DNA of 64,000 nt, taken from assembly GCA_965219575.1 (NCBI GenBank), contig OZ244779.1:268769-332768 (forward strand). Reading direction: 5' to 3'. Under the pieces are notes generated by a model. That model had not been told where the DNA came from and made no database searches. It was given only the letters and a program-made list of their open reading frames with translations. Of the stretch, positions 39,698 to 49,833 are shown in pieces. Both the position numbers and the translations under genes were made by a program. This stretch comes from Candidatus Oxydemutatoraceae bacterium. GTDB lineage: Bacteria > Pseudomonadota > Gammaproteobacteria > Poriferisulfidales > Oxydemutatoraceae. The first letter of the stretch is position 1; the number at the start of each line of letters is the position of its first letter.

Positions 39698-40300
39698 ATG
39701 AGATATACACTATGCTTAATTTTTTTGAGCTTTTTGGTGAGTAGCATGGCCGGCGCGCAAAGCGATGCCGAACACGGCAAATCAAAATCCATGACTTGCG
39801 CCGCTTGCCACGGTCCCGACGGCAACAGCGTTAACCCGCAGTGGCCTAAAATCGCCGGTCAGTCGGCACAATATATCACCAAGCAGTTGGAACATTTCAA
39901 AAAGAACGAGCGTGTCAACCCGCTAATGAACCCGCAGGCAGCGGCACTATCCGATGACGATATTAAGCACTTGGCAGCCTATTATGAATCGATCACTCGC
40001 AGTCCCGGTGCTGCCGACGAGAAATTGGCCGAAGCGGGTGAGAAACTATACCGCGGCGGTAATGCCGAAAGCGGTATTCCCGCCTGCATCTCGTGCCACG
40101 GCCCCAACGGCAAAGGCAATCCGGCAGCAGGTTTTCCCAACATTTCGTATCAACACGCAACATATTTGACTGAACGCCTCAAGAAATACCGTAGTGGTGC
40201 CGACACCTACAGTGGCTCGGAAATTATGAACGGTATTTCCGCTAAATTGACCGACGAAGAAATAGAAGCGGTCTCGTCGTATATGCAAGGACTGCATTAA
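39698..40300 (+). CDS. Dihaem cytochrome c4
   Basis: CAACHG and CISCHG haem motifs, signal peptide. Confidence 0.92.
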   Translation: MRYTLCLIFLSFLVSSMAGAQSDAEHGKSKSMTCAACHGPDGNSVNPQWPKIAGQSAQYITKQLEHFKKNERVNPLMNPQAAALSDDDIKHLAAYYESITRSPGAADEKLAEAGEKLYRGGNAESGIPACISCHGPNGKGNPAAGFPNISYQHATYLTERLKKYRSGADTYSGSEIMNGISAKLTDEEIEAVSSYMQGLH

Positions 40301-40302
40301 AG

Positions 40303-40971
40303 ATGTTCTCGCCACGCAATCCAATGACTCGTACTATGAGAACCCTATACGCATCGGGCATTGCCCTGATTTTTGTATTGTTGAGCCAGGCAGCATTTGC
40401 CGAAGAGTTTGTCGAAGGGAGCGACTATGATGTTATTTCTCCGCGTATGGAAACTACCGTCGGCGAAGACAAAATTGAAGTAATAGAATTCTTTTGGTAC
40501 GGTTGCCCGCATTGCTACACCATAGAACCGTATATCAAAAACTGGGAGATGCCGGCGGATGTGGAGCTGGTGCGCATCCCGGCGACATTCAGCGAACCAT
40601 GGATCATCCACGCCAAAGTCTATTACACCCTGGAAAGTCTAGACCGTCTTGATCTGCACGAGGTGTTTTTTAATGCGATACACGGCAGGCAGCAACGGCG
40701 CGACTTGGTGCGCGAAGATAAAATAGCCGAGTTCTTCGCCTCGTTTAGTTCCGGTATCCCCGAGGACAAATTTAGCAAAGCCTATAATTCCTTCATCGTT
40801 AATACCAAAACCCAAAAAGCCGATCGCTTGGTCCGCGAATACGCCATCAAGAGCGTACCGACTTTTATCGTCAACGGTCGCTACCTGAGCTCGCCGAGCA
40901 TGGTCGGCAGTTCCGAGCGTCTGATCGGTGCTTTGGATTATCTGACAAACCTAGAACGGGATAAATCTTAG
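40303..40971 (+). CDS. dsbA: Thiol:disulfide interchange protein DsbA
   Basis: EFFWYGCPHC, VPTFIVNG. Confidence 0.92.
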   Translation: MFSPRNPMTRTMRTLYASGIALIFVLLSQAAFAEEFVEGSDYDVISPRMETTVGEDKIEVIEFFWYGCPHCYTIEPYIKNWEMPADVELVRIPATFSEPWIIHAKVYYTLESLDRLDLHEVFFNAIHGRQQRRDLVREDKIAEFFASFSSGIPEDKFSKAYNSFIVNTKTQKADRLVREYAIKSVPTFIVNGRYLSSPSMVGSSERLIGALDYLTNLERDKS

Positions 40972-41007
40972 GCTGTGTGCCGAGGCACCCTATTCAATTC
41001 ACCCCTT

Positions 41008-41240
41008 AATTCCCCTCCTTGTAGGGGCGGACTCGTATGTCCGCCCTTAGGGTGGCCTATGCATTTTGCAATGCATGCGTTTAGCAGTCATGTTAAGGTT
41101 CTGAACAAAGTCACGCCGATTGAACCAGTAGGTCAATCGGCGGTTCTATTCAGCCTGACGGGGTGGTTATTATAAATTAAATGGCGCAAAGCGATTGGGT
41201 GCGTGCAAGTAATAATAAAGAGCAAACACACAAGTCCGCC
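41008..41240. repeat. Composite hairpin repeat (no TIRs)
   Basis: GTAGGGGCGGAC REP-like hairpin inside a CCCCTCC module, plus the GCCGATTGA hairpin. Confidence 0.78.
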
Positions 41241-41352
41241 TTTACATTGCGTTTTACATTGTGGTTCTGCACAATGTCACGCCGATCGGCGTCCGCCGAA
41301 TTGGATTCTGTCGTGCTGATATAATAGCCGATAACATGTTATATTTTTTACG

Positions 41353-42312
41353 ATGAAATACTTACAACGCAATCTAATCTATGCCGGTTTGTGCTTACTG
41401 CTCATCTGCTCGGCGAATATGGCTTCCGCACAAGCACCTGGGGTTAGCGTGTCAAGTAGTCAAACAGTGGTTAGTCGTACTATAGATTTCACCGTGAACT
41501 TAAGCCGTCAACTTGGCGAAGATGAAGCTGTAGCAGTTAATATTCGGCTTCGCGATATTGTTCAAAGTGAAGTCGAGAGTATAAATCCTTTGGGAAAGGA
41601 TAGTACCAACCTATGTAGGCTTGTAGGTGGCGGATTTCGGTTTAGACGAGAGAACACTGACCCTCCTGTTAGACGAGAGAACACTGACCCTCCTGAATAC
41701 AGTTTGTGCATGGATGAAGGTGAACAAAATGTGACCATACGATTAGTATTAAAGGATACTTTTGATACGAGCAGAGCTATAGCAATTTCTCTATTTGGAG
41801 GATCCTATGCTACTCCTGGCAGTATTGGTAACATTTTTGTCAGCTCAACCTTAAATATTTTGCCACCATTGGAGGTTAGCCTAGAAAGAGGGACAACCAC
41901 TCAAACTTCAATGGGTCTCCGAATAGATTTCAAAGTCAACTTAAGCCGTGAACTTACAGGTAGTGAGGTACTACAATGTACCATTGATTTTAACAATATT
42001 GATGACGATGAAATTGATAGTATAACGCTTGTGCCTCCTCATCCGTCGTCTACTAATTTGGGTGCTGGTAGTTCGGATCCCCCCAGACGCGACTTGAGAA
42101 CGCGCGCCGGTGCACAAGACACAACTATACGATTACAGCTAAAAAGTCCTCCTTTTGATGAGACAAAAATTATATCAATTTCTTTGAGCGGTTGTCTTGG
42201 TAGTAATATCGCCGAGGGTGTCGAAGAAGATCTTCAAAACTCTATTTTATATTATCCCGACACGGTTATTTTGATCCGTAGCAAGGTTTTTTTGGAGGGT
42301 CCGCTCCAATAA
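41353..42312 (+). CDS. Secreted protein with two beta-rich (possibly Calx-beta/Ig-like) repeats and KVFLEGPLQ tail
   Basis: Signal peptide (ASA-Q), IDF.VNLSR.L twice, ends IRSKVFLEGPLQ. Confidence 0.7.
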   Translation: MKYLQRNLIYAGLCLLLICSANMASAQAPGVSVSSSQTVVSRTIDFTVNLSRQLGEDEAVAVNIRLRDIVQSEVESINPLGKDSTNLCRLVGGGFRFRRENTDPPVRRENTDPPEYSLCMDEGEQNVTIRLVLKDTFDTSRAIAISLFGGSYATPGSIGNIFVSSTLNILPPLEVSLERGTTTQTSMGLRIDFKVNLSRELTGSEVLQCTIDFNNIDDDEIDSITLVPPHPSSTNLGAGSSDPPRRDLRTRAGAQDTTIRLQLKSPPFDETKIISISLSGCLGSNIAEGVEEDLQNSILYYPDTVILIRSKVFLEGPLQ

Positions 42313-42356
42313 CTATTCGTATCCTGTGGAAGGGAATTAACTAGTGCAGAACCTCT

Positions 42357-42813
42357 CGGGCTGTTGAAAAAGTATCGTCACGGCGTAATCGTAACCGCTT
42401 GCGCTGTGAATATTTGCAAACCACCCGTAGGGGCGGACTAGCATGTCCGCCCGTAACGCGTTGTTCCTACACGATTTATACATTCATCCATCCAATTTAT
42501 GGAAACCAAAACCAAATGGCGCAAGTGATTGGATTCGTACGATGCCGCACTTTTTCAACAGTCCCCCTCTGCGACCACCCCGTCAGGCTGACTAGAACCG
42601 CCGATTGAACCAGTAGGTCAATCGGCGTGACTTTGTACAGATGCGATGGGGCTGTTGAAAAAGTATCCACGAACCGTAGGGGCGGACTAACATGTCCGCC
42701 CGTAACGCGTTGGCCGGCACGATTTATACATTCATCCATTCAATTTATGGAAACCAAAACCATACGGCGCAAGCGGTTGGGTTTGAGCGATGCCCGCGCT
42801 TTTTCAACAGTCT
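42357..42813. mobile_element. Two adjacent MITEs (42357-42565 and 42647-42813)
   Basis: TIR pairs; the first is flanked by a CCTCT duplication. Confidence 0.83.
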
Positions 42814-42858
42814 CCCGTAACGTATCGGCTAGCGCATACATTACAATAGGTAGGTAGA

Positions 42859-43998
42859 ATGAAAATTTATTTAGTCGGCGGTGCGGTGCGCGATGTTTTA
42901 TTAAACCAAAAAGTATCCGAAAAAGACTGGGTCGTTGTCGGTGCCACACCCAAAGAGATGCTAAAACGCGGCTTCAAGCAAGTCGGGAAACACTTCCCGG
43001 TATTCCTACACCCTATAACAAACGAAGAGTATGCTCTCGCTCGTACCGAGCGTAAAACCAGCCACGGTTATCACGGATTTAAGTTTGACACTTCACCGAA
43101 TGTAACCATAGAGGAAGACCTTAAGCGCCGCGATCTAAGCATTAACGCGATCGCACAAGATGAACGCGGCGAATTGATCGACCCGTGGGGTGGACAGCGA
43201 GATATAAAAGCGCGTTTGATCAAGCATGTGTCGCGTGCTTTCGTCGAAGACCCGGTCAGAATATTGCGCGTTGCGCGTTTTACCGCACGTTTTGAATCGC
43301 TGGGGTTCAACATCGCACCCGAAACGCTAAATCTGATGCAACAAATGATCGCAAACGGCGAGGTCGATTACCTGGTTGCCGAGCGCGTCTGGCAAGAAAC
43401 GGCTAAGGCTTTTGCAGCCGGGCGGCCGTCTATTTACTTAAAAACATTGTCGGATGTCGGCGCGTTGGCTCGTATCGCTCCGGAATTAGACAACTTGCTT
43501 CATCACCTTGCCGGTATCACCGGCAAAGATAATATCCCTATGGATGTCTCTTTGTTTGCGGCAATAGATCGAGCACCGAAACAGCCGCCCGAAATTGTAT
43601 TGGCAATATTGTCTTTTTACGCACACCGCAACGGGGTTTCTATCGACACTTTGAGCGAGCGGTGGAAATTGTCTAGTCGTTGCAGAAAAATGATCCGCTC
43701 GGCAGAACGGTTTGACACATCGTTGAAATCTGCAACCGATTTGTCGAGCGAAGAACTGTTGGATTTTATAACACAGGTGGATGCACATAGGGACCGCGAA
43801 CAATTTGACGACTTATTGACTGCGTATACGCTGTCCAACTACGAAGGCATCGACATTGACCCCCAAATAAATCGTCTTAACCGCGCGTTAGATGCACTCG
43901 CTGCCGTTAAATTTGACTCCAGCCTTCAGGACTTACCGGGCGAACAAGCAAAGGCTCGGGTACGAGAGCGACGGCTTCAAGCCCTCAATTCGTTATAA
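42859..43998 (+). CDS. cca: CCA tRNA nucleotidyltransferase
   Basis: [37 protein letters not shown]. Confidence 0.95.
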   Translation: MKIYLVGGAVRDVLLNQKVSEKDWVVVGATPKEMLKRGFKQVGKHFPVFLHPITNEEYALARTERKTSHGYHGFKFDTSPNVTIEEDLKRRDLSINAIAQDERGELIDPWGGQRDIKARLIKHVSRAFVEDPVRILRVARFTARFESLGFNIAPETLNLMQQMIANGEVDYLVAERVWQETAKAFAAGRPSIYLKTLSDVGALARIAPELDNLLHHLAGITGKDNIPMDVSLFAAIDRAPKQPPEIVLAILSFYAHRNGVSIDTLSERWKLSSRCRKMIRSAERFDTSLKSATDLSSEELLDFITQVDAHRDREQFDDLLTAYTLSNYEGIDIDPQINRLNRALDALAAVKFDSSLQDLPGEQAKARVRERRLQALNSL

Positions 43999-44779
43999 AT
44001 AACAACAATATGATACCGAGTAAAATACGATAAATGACGAAAGGCAACAACCCTATTTTTTCGACGAAGCGGATGAACAATTTTATCGTTAGCAAGGCAA
44101 ATACTGCGGAAATAATAAACCCTACAACCATCGGGTACCACAACGCCGCATTGAGCTGCGAACCGTTCCATAGCTCCCAGATATTCAGTGCACTGGCAGC
44201 GGCGATCACCGGTATTGCCAATAAAAACGAAAAATTCAACGATTGCCGGCGCGATAAACCCAGCAAGAGTGCCGCGGCAATCGTAATACCGGCTCTGGAG
44301 GTGCCGGGAATTAACGCAAGCGTTTGGGCTAAACCGATGATGAACGCCTGCCTGAGGCTTATCGTTTGTGCCGCGGTCGTGTTTCTACGCAAATCCGCAA
44401 ACCACAACACAAACGCAAAAATAATCGTTGCCGTAGCGATCACCTCGGTGCTACGCAACTCAGTTGCCACTACATCCTTTAACAATGCACCGGCGATAAA
44501 AACCGGCAACGATGCGACGATTAATAACACCCCTATATTTCGATCAGCCGAGAGTGCCGACTCCGATGGATGGTTCAGTATCATATTGCCAAGTTCTCTG
44601 CGAAAATGGAACAGCACCGCCGCCAAGGTGCCACTATGCACGGCAATATCAAAGGCAAGAAAACCTTCACCCCAGCCGAAAAGTTGTGATGTTAGTATAA
44701 GATGTGCCGAACTCGAAACCGGCAGGAATTCGGTAACTCCCTGTATTAAGGCGAGAATACTTGCTTGAAAAAAATCCAT
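43985..44779 (-). CDS. uppP: Undecaprenyl-diphosphate phosphatase
   Basis: [23 protein letters not shown]. Confidence 0.95.
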   Translation of the reverse strand: MDFFQASILALIQGVTEFLPVSSSAHLILTSQLFGWGEGFLAFDIAVHSGTLAAVLFHFRRELGNMILNHPSESALSADRNIGVLLIVASLPVFIAGALLKDVVATELRSTEVIATATIIFAFVLWFADLRRNTTAAQTISLRQAFIIGLAQTLALIPGTSRAGITIAAALLLGLSRRQSLNFSFLLAIPVIAAASALNIWELWNGSQLNAALWYPMVVGFIISAVFALLTIKLFIRFVEKIGLLPFVIYRILLGIILLLFITN

Positions 44780-44835
44780 TACTAACTTCTATATAATATA
44801 TCGGAACAACCTATCATAGCAGGAGTCATAATTTA

Positions 44836-45576
44836 GTGAAAAATGAACAACCCGTAGTACTAATCACCGGTGCTGCCAAACGCGTTGGCGCACAAATTGC
44901 ACAAACACTGCACCACGCCGGGATGCGAGTGATATTGCATTATCGGCATTCCGCTGCCGATGCGCAGGCACTCGTCGGCAGTCTCAATGCAAAACATCCC
45001 GACTCGGCTTGTTGCTTTGCTGCCGATTTATCCGAACTGCGAGCGATAGAGGAACTGGCACAATCGGCACGACATCGTTGGGGATACTTGGATGCACTTA
45101 TTAATAATGCTTCGGCTTTTTATCCTACCGAACTTGCGACCTTGAATCCGGCGCATTGGGAGGAACTGATTAATATCAATATGAAAGCACCGCTATTTTT
45201 GAGCTGTGCGCTTGCCGACACGCTCGCGGCGCGACGCGGATGCATTGTCAACATCGGCGACATACACGCAATTCGCCCACTTAAGAAACACACCGTTTAC
45301 TCGGCGAGCAAAGCCGGGCTGGCAATGATTACACAATCGCTAGCCAAGGAGCTTGCGCCGCAGGTGCGATGCAATGCGGTTTATCCGGGCGCAATTCTAT
45401 GGCCCGAAAACGACTACGACGATGAGAGAAAACAAGAGGTTTTGGAGCGCACGATGCTCAAACGCGCCGGATGTCCCGAAGACATTGCCTCGGCTGTGCT
45501 ATTTTTGGTGCGAGATGCGGGCTACATCACCGGTCAAACAATTATTGTCGACGGCGGGCGCACTTTGCACAACTGA
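44836..45576 (+). CDS. folM: Pteridine/dihydromonapterin reductase (SDR)
   Basis: TGAAKRVG, NNAS, YSASK; next to folK and folB. Confidence 0.8.
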   Translation: MKNEQPVVLITGAAKRVGAQIAQTLHHAGMRVILHYRHSAADAQALVGSLNAKHPDSACCFAADLSELRAIEELAQSARHRWGYLDALINNASAFYPTELATLNPAHWEELININMKAPLFLSCALADTLAARRGCIVNIGDIHAIRPLKKHTVYSASKAGLAMITQSLAKELAPQVRCNAVYPGAILWPENDYDDERKQEVLERTMLKRAGCPEDIASAVLFLVRDAGYITGQTIIVDGGRTLHN

Positions 45577-45649
45577 ACCGCCACTTGCTCCAGTTGGGCA
45601 AGTGGCGTAACTTGGATAGATAAATGTATAAACATAGTACAGATACGAC

Positions 45650-45990
45650 GGGGCTGTTGAAAAAGTGCGGCATCGTACGAATCCAATCACTTGCGCCATT
45701 TGGTTTTGGTTTCCATAAATCAAATGGATGAATGTATTGATTGTACAGATGCAACGCGTTTCGGGCAGAATAGAGCCGCCGATTGAGCCAGTAGGTCAAT
45801 CGGCAATTTTGATGTCCGCCCCTACGGGTGGTTTGCAAATATTCACAGCGCAAGCGGTTGCAGTTGTGCAAAAACAGTAATTTTTCAACAGCCCCACGAC
45901 ACAACCACCCCGTCAGGCTTCGCCTGCCACCCCTCCGAAGGAGGGGAATGTACCGTCCCTCAAGTTCGTGGATACTTTTTCAACAGTCCC
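45650..45990. mobile_element. MITE (45650-45895) plus hairpin module and unpaired TIR
   Basis: ACGAC duplication at 45645-45649 and 45896-45900. Confidence 0.85.
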
Positions 45991-46024
45991 CGCTACAACC
46001 ACCCCGGCAGGTCGGACGGCGGTG

Positions 46025-46516
46025 CTATACCTCCCACACAAACGGGATGCGTGTTATCGGTTGCGGACTATCAAGGTGCTTCCATAATTCCGAGAAGCAT
46101 TTGCCTATCACCGGGTGCACCAAATCGCCGGCAATCTCTGCCATCGGTTTGAGTGTATGACTGTATTTGCTTAGATCGTTGTGCGGTAAATAAACCGCAT
46201 CGGTGTCGACGATCAAGTCGCCGTAAAGCAGTTGGTCTAAATCGAGTTCCCTCGAGACAAATTGGTTATTGCCACGTTTTCTACCGTGCTTTTTTTCTAT
46301 TTCAAAAAAAACACGGTTGATGCTGCTCGGGGTCAGCGTAGTTTCCAAACAAACGACTATATTATAAAAATCTTCTCCCTCGAAACCGACGGCGGCGGAT
46401 TGATACACCGACGACTTTACGACATTTCTAAATATCTGTTGCAGTGTGCTAAAGCACGAGCGAAGATTGTGCTCTTTGTCGATGTTCGTGCCGATGCCGG
46501 CGAATACTCTAGGCAT
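46025..46516 (-). CDS. folK: 2-amino-4-hydroxy-6-hydroxymethyldihydropteridine diphosphokinase
   Basis: GIGTNI, SSVY.S, R.LDLD.LLY. Confidence 0.9.
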   Translation of the reverse strand: MPRVFAGIGTNIDKEHNLRSCFSTLQQIFRNVVKSSVYQSAAVGFEGEDFYNIVVCLETTLTPSSINRVFFEIEKKHGRKRGNNQFVSRELDLDQLLYGDLIVDTDAVYLPHNDLSKYSHTLKPMAEIAGDLVHPVIGKCFSELWKHLDSPQPITRIPFVWEV

Positions 46517-46523
46517 TGAAAAG

Positions 46524-46877
46524 TTACTGAGTGCCTCGTTCTATTAAAATGCCGACACCTTCGGCACCCCGAATGGCACCGGCCTTGTTGAGGCACAAGC
46601 GCAGCCATCTAATATCAAATGTCTGCATCAATGCTTCGGCAAGATCATGGCTCAAGGTTTCTATCAGTCGATACTCGGATGTAGAGACAAAGTGTTGTAT
46701 GTATTTTGCAATATTTTTATAGTCCAGCGCATCTTCTATACGGTCGCGACCGGCCGCCTTAGCGATATCGGTTGTTAGTTCCAAGTCGATGCACAGGCTT
46801 TGGCGAATCTGTCGTTCCCATGCAAACACACCGATTGTTGCTTCCACCTTGAGTCCGGTTAAAAATATTTTATCCAC
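46524..46877 (-). CDS. folB: Dihydroneopterin aldolase
   Basis: IGVFAWER...Q, LDY, LIE, K.GA. Confidence 0.93.
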   Translation of the reverse strand: MDKIFLTGLKVEATIGVFAWERQIRQSLCIDLELTTDIAKAAGRDRIEDALDYKNIAKYIQHFVSTSEYRLIETLSHDLAEALMQTFDIRWLRLCLNKAGAIRGAEGVGILIERGTQ

Positions 46878-47991
46878 TTTCGGAGGTCTGCTTTTTTTCT
46901 TCTGGTTTGGGGGGGTTATTCAACAAAGAAAGGTCATAAACTTCGTTTAAGTGGTACATCATAGACCCCTTGTTCGGTGGGACAATCTTTACCGTCGCAT
47001 ATCTCATAATATTCTTTTCAACCAAATAAAGCATCACATTATCGATAACCGACTCCTGCTCACCGGAAACCAACCGCTTTAATTCCGGGAAGTCATAATA
47101 GCGATACACTCGGTAATCCTTTTTCAAGAAATCAAAGTGTTGCGGGTTGCGTATATCGGATGTGATATAGAGCCTGGAGCCTTTGCTGATAGCATAGCCG
47201 AGTAGCGTTTTTATCTGTTTCGGAGAGAACGCAAACTGAAGCATGGGCATTTCCTTCGGGCGCACACCCCGCTTACTTCCAACCTGCATGCAGGCATAAT
47301 ACGCTTCTCTTAAACTGATGCTACTTCCGCGTGCCTTAGTTTTTTCGTCAAAGCAAGATCTCATCGTGCCGACTTTATCCAAAAAATAATACTGCCCGGC
47401 GAGCGCATTTTCTCTGGTTGTGCCCATCGCTTCCAACACGATATCGGTAAACGCATTTACTTTTTGTGAATACGGAAGGTCTAGTAAAAATTCTGCTTTC
47501 TTATTCTGGGCGTATTTCTTGACATACTGGAATGGCGGGTCTCTTCTGATTATCACATCATAGCTTTGGTTCATCTCAGCGGAAACAACCTCGTCGCAAA
47601 CCGAACATATTTTGTTTGCCGTGTAATCATCTAAATTGAATTCTTCCTCCTTAAGCCACTTCTGACTATCCTTAACAATCGTGTCTACTTTATCGATTGA
47701 TCGAATTGTGATGCTCGACAAGTCTAGATAATCTTCAAAATCAAAATCATGTTTTTTGAAATAAAAGTTGTGCTCGGGGTGGATTGCAAATCTGCCGATT
47801 ATCGGTGTTCTGCCCAAGTCGAAGGCTTCTAGAAGAACCGTGTTAAGGATCTTAAACACTTGGTCTATATTAGGTTTGCTTTCCGTCATCGAGAAGACGA
47901 GATACTTGTCGTCTCTAGTGCTTTGCTCCACCATTGTTTTATTCAAATAATTTTTGATTTTATCCTTGATTGATGCCAGACATAGTGGCAT
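46870..47991 (-). CDS. Fucosyltransferase-like paralog 4 with altered HxR motif
   Basis: KYLVFSM, FEDYLDLS, IDNVMLYLVEKNIM shared with paralogs 1-3; YYACMQVG instead of YYACMHVR. Confidence 0.55.
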   Translation of the reverse strand: MPLCLASIKDKIKNYLNKTMVEQSTRDDKYLVFSMTESKPNIDQVFKILNTVLLEAFDLGRTPIIGRFAIHPEHNFYFKKHDFDFEDYLDLSSITIRSIDKVDTIVKDSQKWLKEEEFNLDDYTANKICSVCDEVVSAEMNQSYDVIIRRDPPFQYVKKYAQNKKAEFLLDLPYSQKVNAFTDIVLEAMGTTRENALAGQYYFLDKVGTMRSCFDEKTKARGSSISLREAYYACMQVGSKRGVRPKEMPMLQFAFSPKQIKTLLGYAISKGSRLYITSDIRNPQHFDFLKKDYRVYRYYDFPELKRLVSGEQESVIDNVMLYLVEKNIMRYATVKIVPPNKGSMMYHLNEVYDLSLLNNPPKPEEKKQTSESG

Positions 47992-48358
47992 GCGCCTGCC
48001 GTGCCATGTAATTGTTGGTGTTTTTTCTGTGTCGCCGGGTATAAATGGTATCTGATTGTTCTATGGGTTTGCATTGATATAATTTAACATTTCTTTGTCA
48101 AGTTATCTATATAATTCCTTTGGGATTTATGTCTTTTTTTCATTAAAGTAAAATGGCACCGCCGATTGAGCCGGCAGGTCGAACAAGCTAAGGCTTATTC
48201 TTATAAGTGCACGGTGACGGTCTTATTTCCGATAAATTTTGTTTGTAATTTGAGTAGTTTACAACATAACTAAAAATATTATAACTTTAGGGTTAAGCTA
48301 TGCTAATATAACTTTCTTAAAAATTATAAGATTAAAACCAAGTATAAGGATCTATTTT

Positions 48359-49642
48359 ATGGAACTCTGGCAAGCCTGTATTAAAGAACTAGAACACTTT
48401 CTTTCGCAAGAAGATATCAATAGATGGATACGGCCGCTAGTCGTAGAGACAACAAACAACCGAATAAAACTCACCGCTCCGAATAAATTGTTGTGCGAAA
48501 AGGTAAGATCCCCCTTTTATCTAGAGCTTATCCGTCAAGCCGTTTCTACTGCTGCAAAAAACCAAAACAGCTCGCCTCCCGAAGTTTGCTTAGAATACAA
48601 AGAAAGAGCTAGGAATCAGTTAGTTAGCTACATTAATAAGGATCAAGTTTTTGCCAATTTTATAGAAGGAAAATCAAATCGGCTGGCACGCGCTGCCGCA
48701 GAGCAGGTTGCCGCCCAACCGGGCATCTCGTATAATCCGTTTCTAATCTACAGTGGTGTCGGACTGGGTAAAACACATTTACTTCACGCAATAGGAAACA
48801 CGATTAGTCAGAATTTTCCGGAAAAGCGTGTTCGCTATTTGCACTCCGAAGAATTTGTCTTGGATATGGTTGACGCAATACGCTCCGGGAACATGAATAA
48901 GTTTACTCGCTATTACCGAGGCCTCGATGTACTGTTAATCGACGATGTTCAGTTTTTTGCCGGCAAAGAACAAAGCCAAGAGGAATTTTTCCATACTTTC
49001 AACCATTTATTTGGTAGCCAAAGCCAAATTGTGATGACTTGCGATCGCTACCCGAAAGAAATAGACCGGCTGGAAGACCGTCTCAAATCACGCTTTAGTT
49101 CCGGCTTAACCCAAATAATAGACCTTCCAGAACTTGAAACCCGTGCAGCGATTATCTTGAGCAAATCCAAACTTTATGGGCTCAAGTTGTCCGAGGAGGT
49201 TGCATTCTTTATTGCACAGCAGATACGATCCAACATCCGAGAACTAGAGGGTGCTCTGATAAGTATAAAAATGACCGTTAATGTTACTAAAAAACCTATA
49301 ACAGTGTCTTATCTGGAGGAAATTTTAGAAGACAAGTTTGCTGCCAACAAGCGTCAACTGACGATAGAGAACATTCAAAAGGCAACATCGGAATACTATA
49401 ATATACCACAAAGTGATCTATTGTCGGATCGCCGCTCTCGCTCCATCGTTAGACCTAGACAATTAGCGATGCTACTGTCAAAAGAGTTAACAAACCATAG
49501 TTTCCCCGAAATTGGAAAAGCGTTCGGAAGACGAGACCATACAACGGTGATTCATGCCTGCAAAGCAATTAAAAAACTAAAAGAGAGCAATCAAGAAATA
49601 GAGCAAGCCTACAAAGCGGTGTTAAGAATTTTGAACTATTGA
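48359..49642 (+). CDS. dnaA: Chromosomal replication initiator DnaA
   Basis: YNP.LIYSGVGLGKTHL, IDDVQF, NIRELEGAL, RDHTTVIH. Confidence 0.97.
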   Translation: MELWQACIKELEHFLSQEDINRWIRPLVVETTNNRIKLTAPNKLLCEKVRSPFYLELIRQAVSTAAKNQNSSPPEVCLEYKERARNQLVSYINKDQVFANFIEGKSNRLARAAAEQVAAQPGISYNPFLIYSGVGLGKTHLLHAIGNTISQNFPEKRVRYLHSEEFVLDMVDAIRSGNMNKFTRYYRGLDVLLIDDVQFFAGKEQSQEEFFHTFNHLFGSQSQIVMTCDRYPKEIDRLEDRLKSRFSSGLTQIIDLPELETRAAIILSKSKLYGLKLSEEVAFFIAQQIRSNIRELEGALISIKMTVNVTKKPITVSYLEEILEDKFAANKRQLTIENIQKATSEYYNIPQSDLLSDRRSRSIVRPRQLAMLLSKELTNHSFPEIGKAFGRRDHTTVIHACKAIKKLKESNQEIEQAYKAVLRILNY

Positions 49643-49771
49643 ACAAAATAAACAATAAACTGTGAACATTTTGGGGATATTTTCATACAAATTTATCAAA
49701 CCACAAATAAATAAGTAATAATTAACAAGATAGCTTTGAAAAAAAGGGAACAAGTACAACAGATTTTGCAG

Positions 49772-49780
49772 TTATCCACA
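49772..49780 (+). promoter_or_regulatory. DnaA box in the AT-rich dnaA-dnaN spacer
   Basis: TTATCCACA, perfect consensus. Confidence 0.7.
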
Positions 49781-49833
49781 AAAACGACGATGACCTACAA
49801 CTACAAATAGATTAATTAATTAATATTAGTGCT

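Noticed and set aside
44034-44768. Long antisense ORFs (also 54360-55022)
   Set aside because: Shadows of the hydrophobic membrane genes uppP and coxB/coxA on the opposite strand
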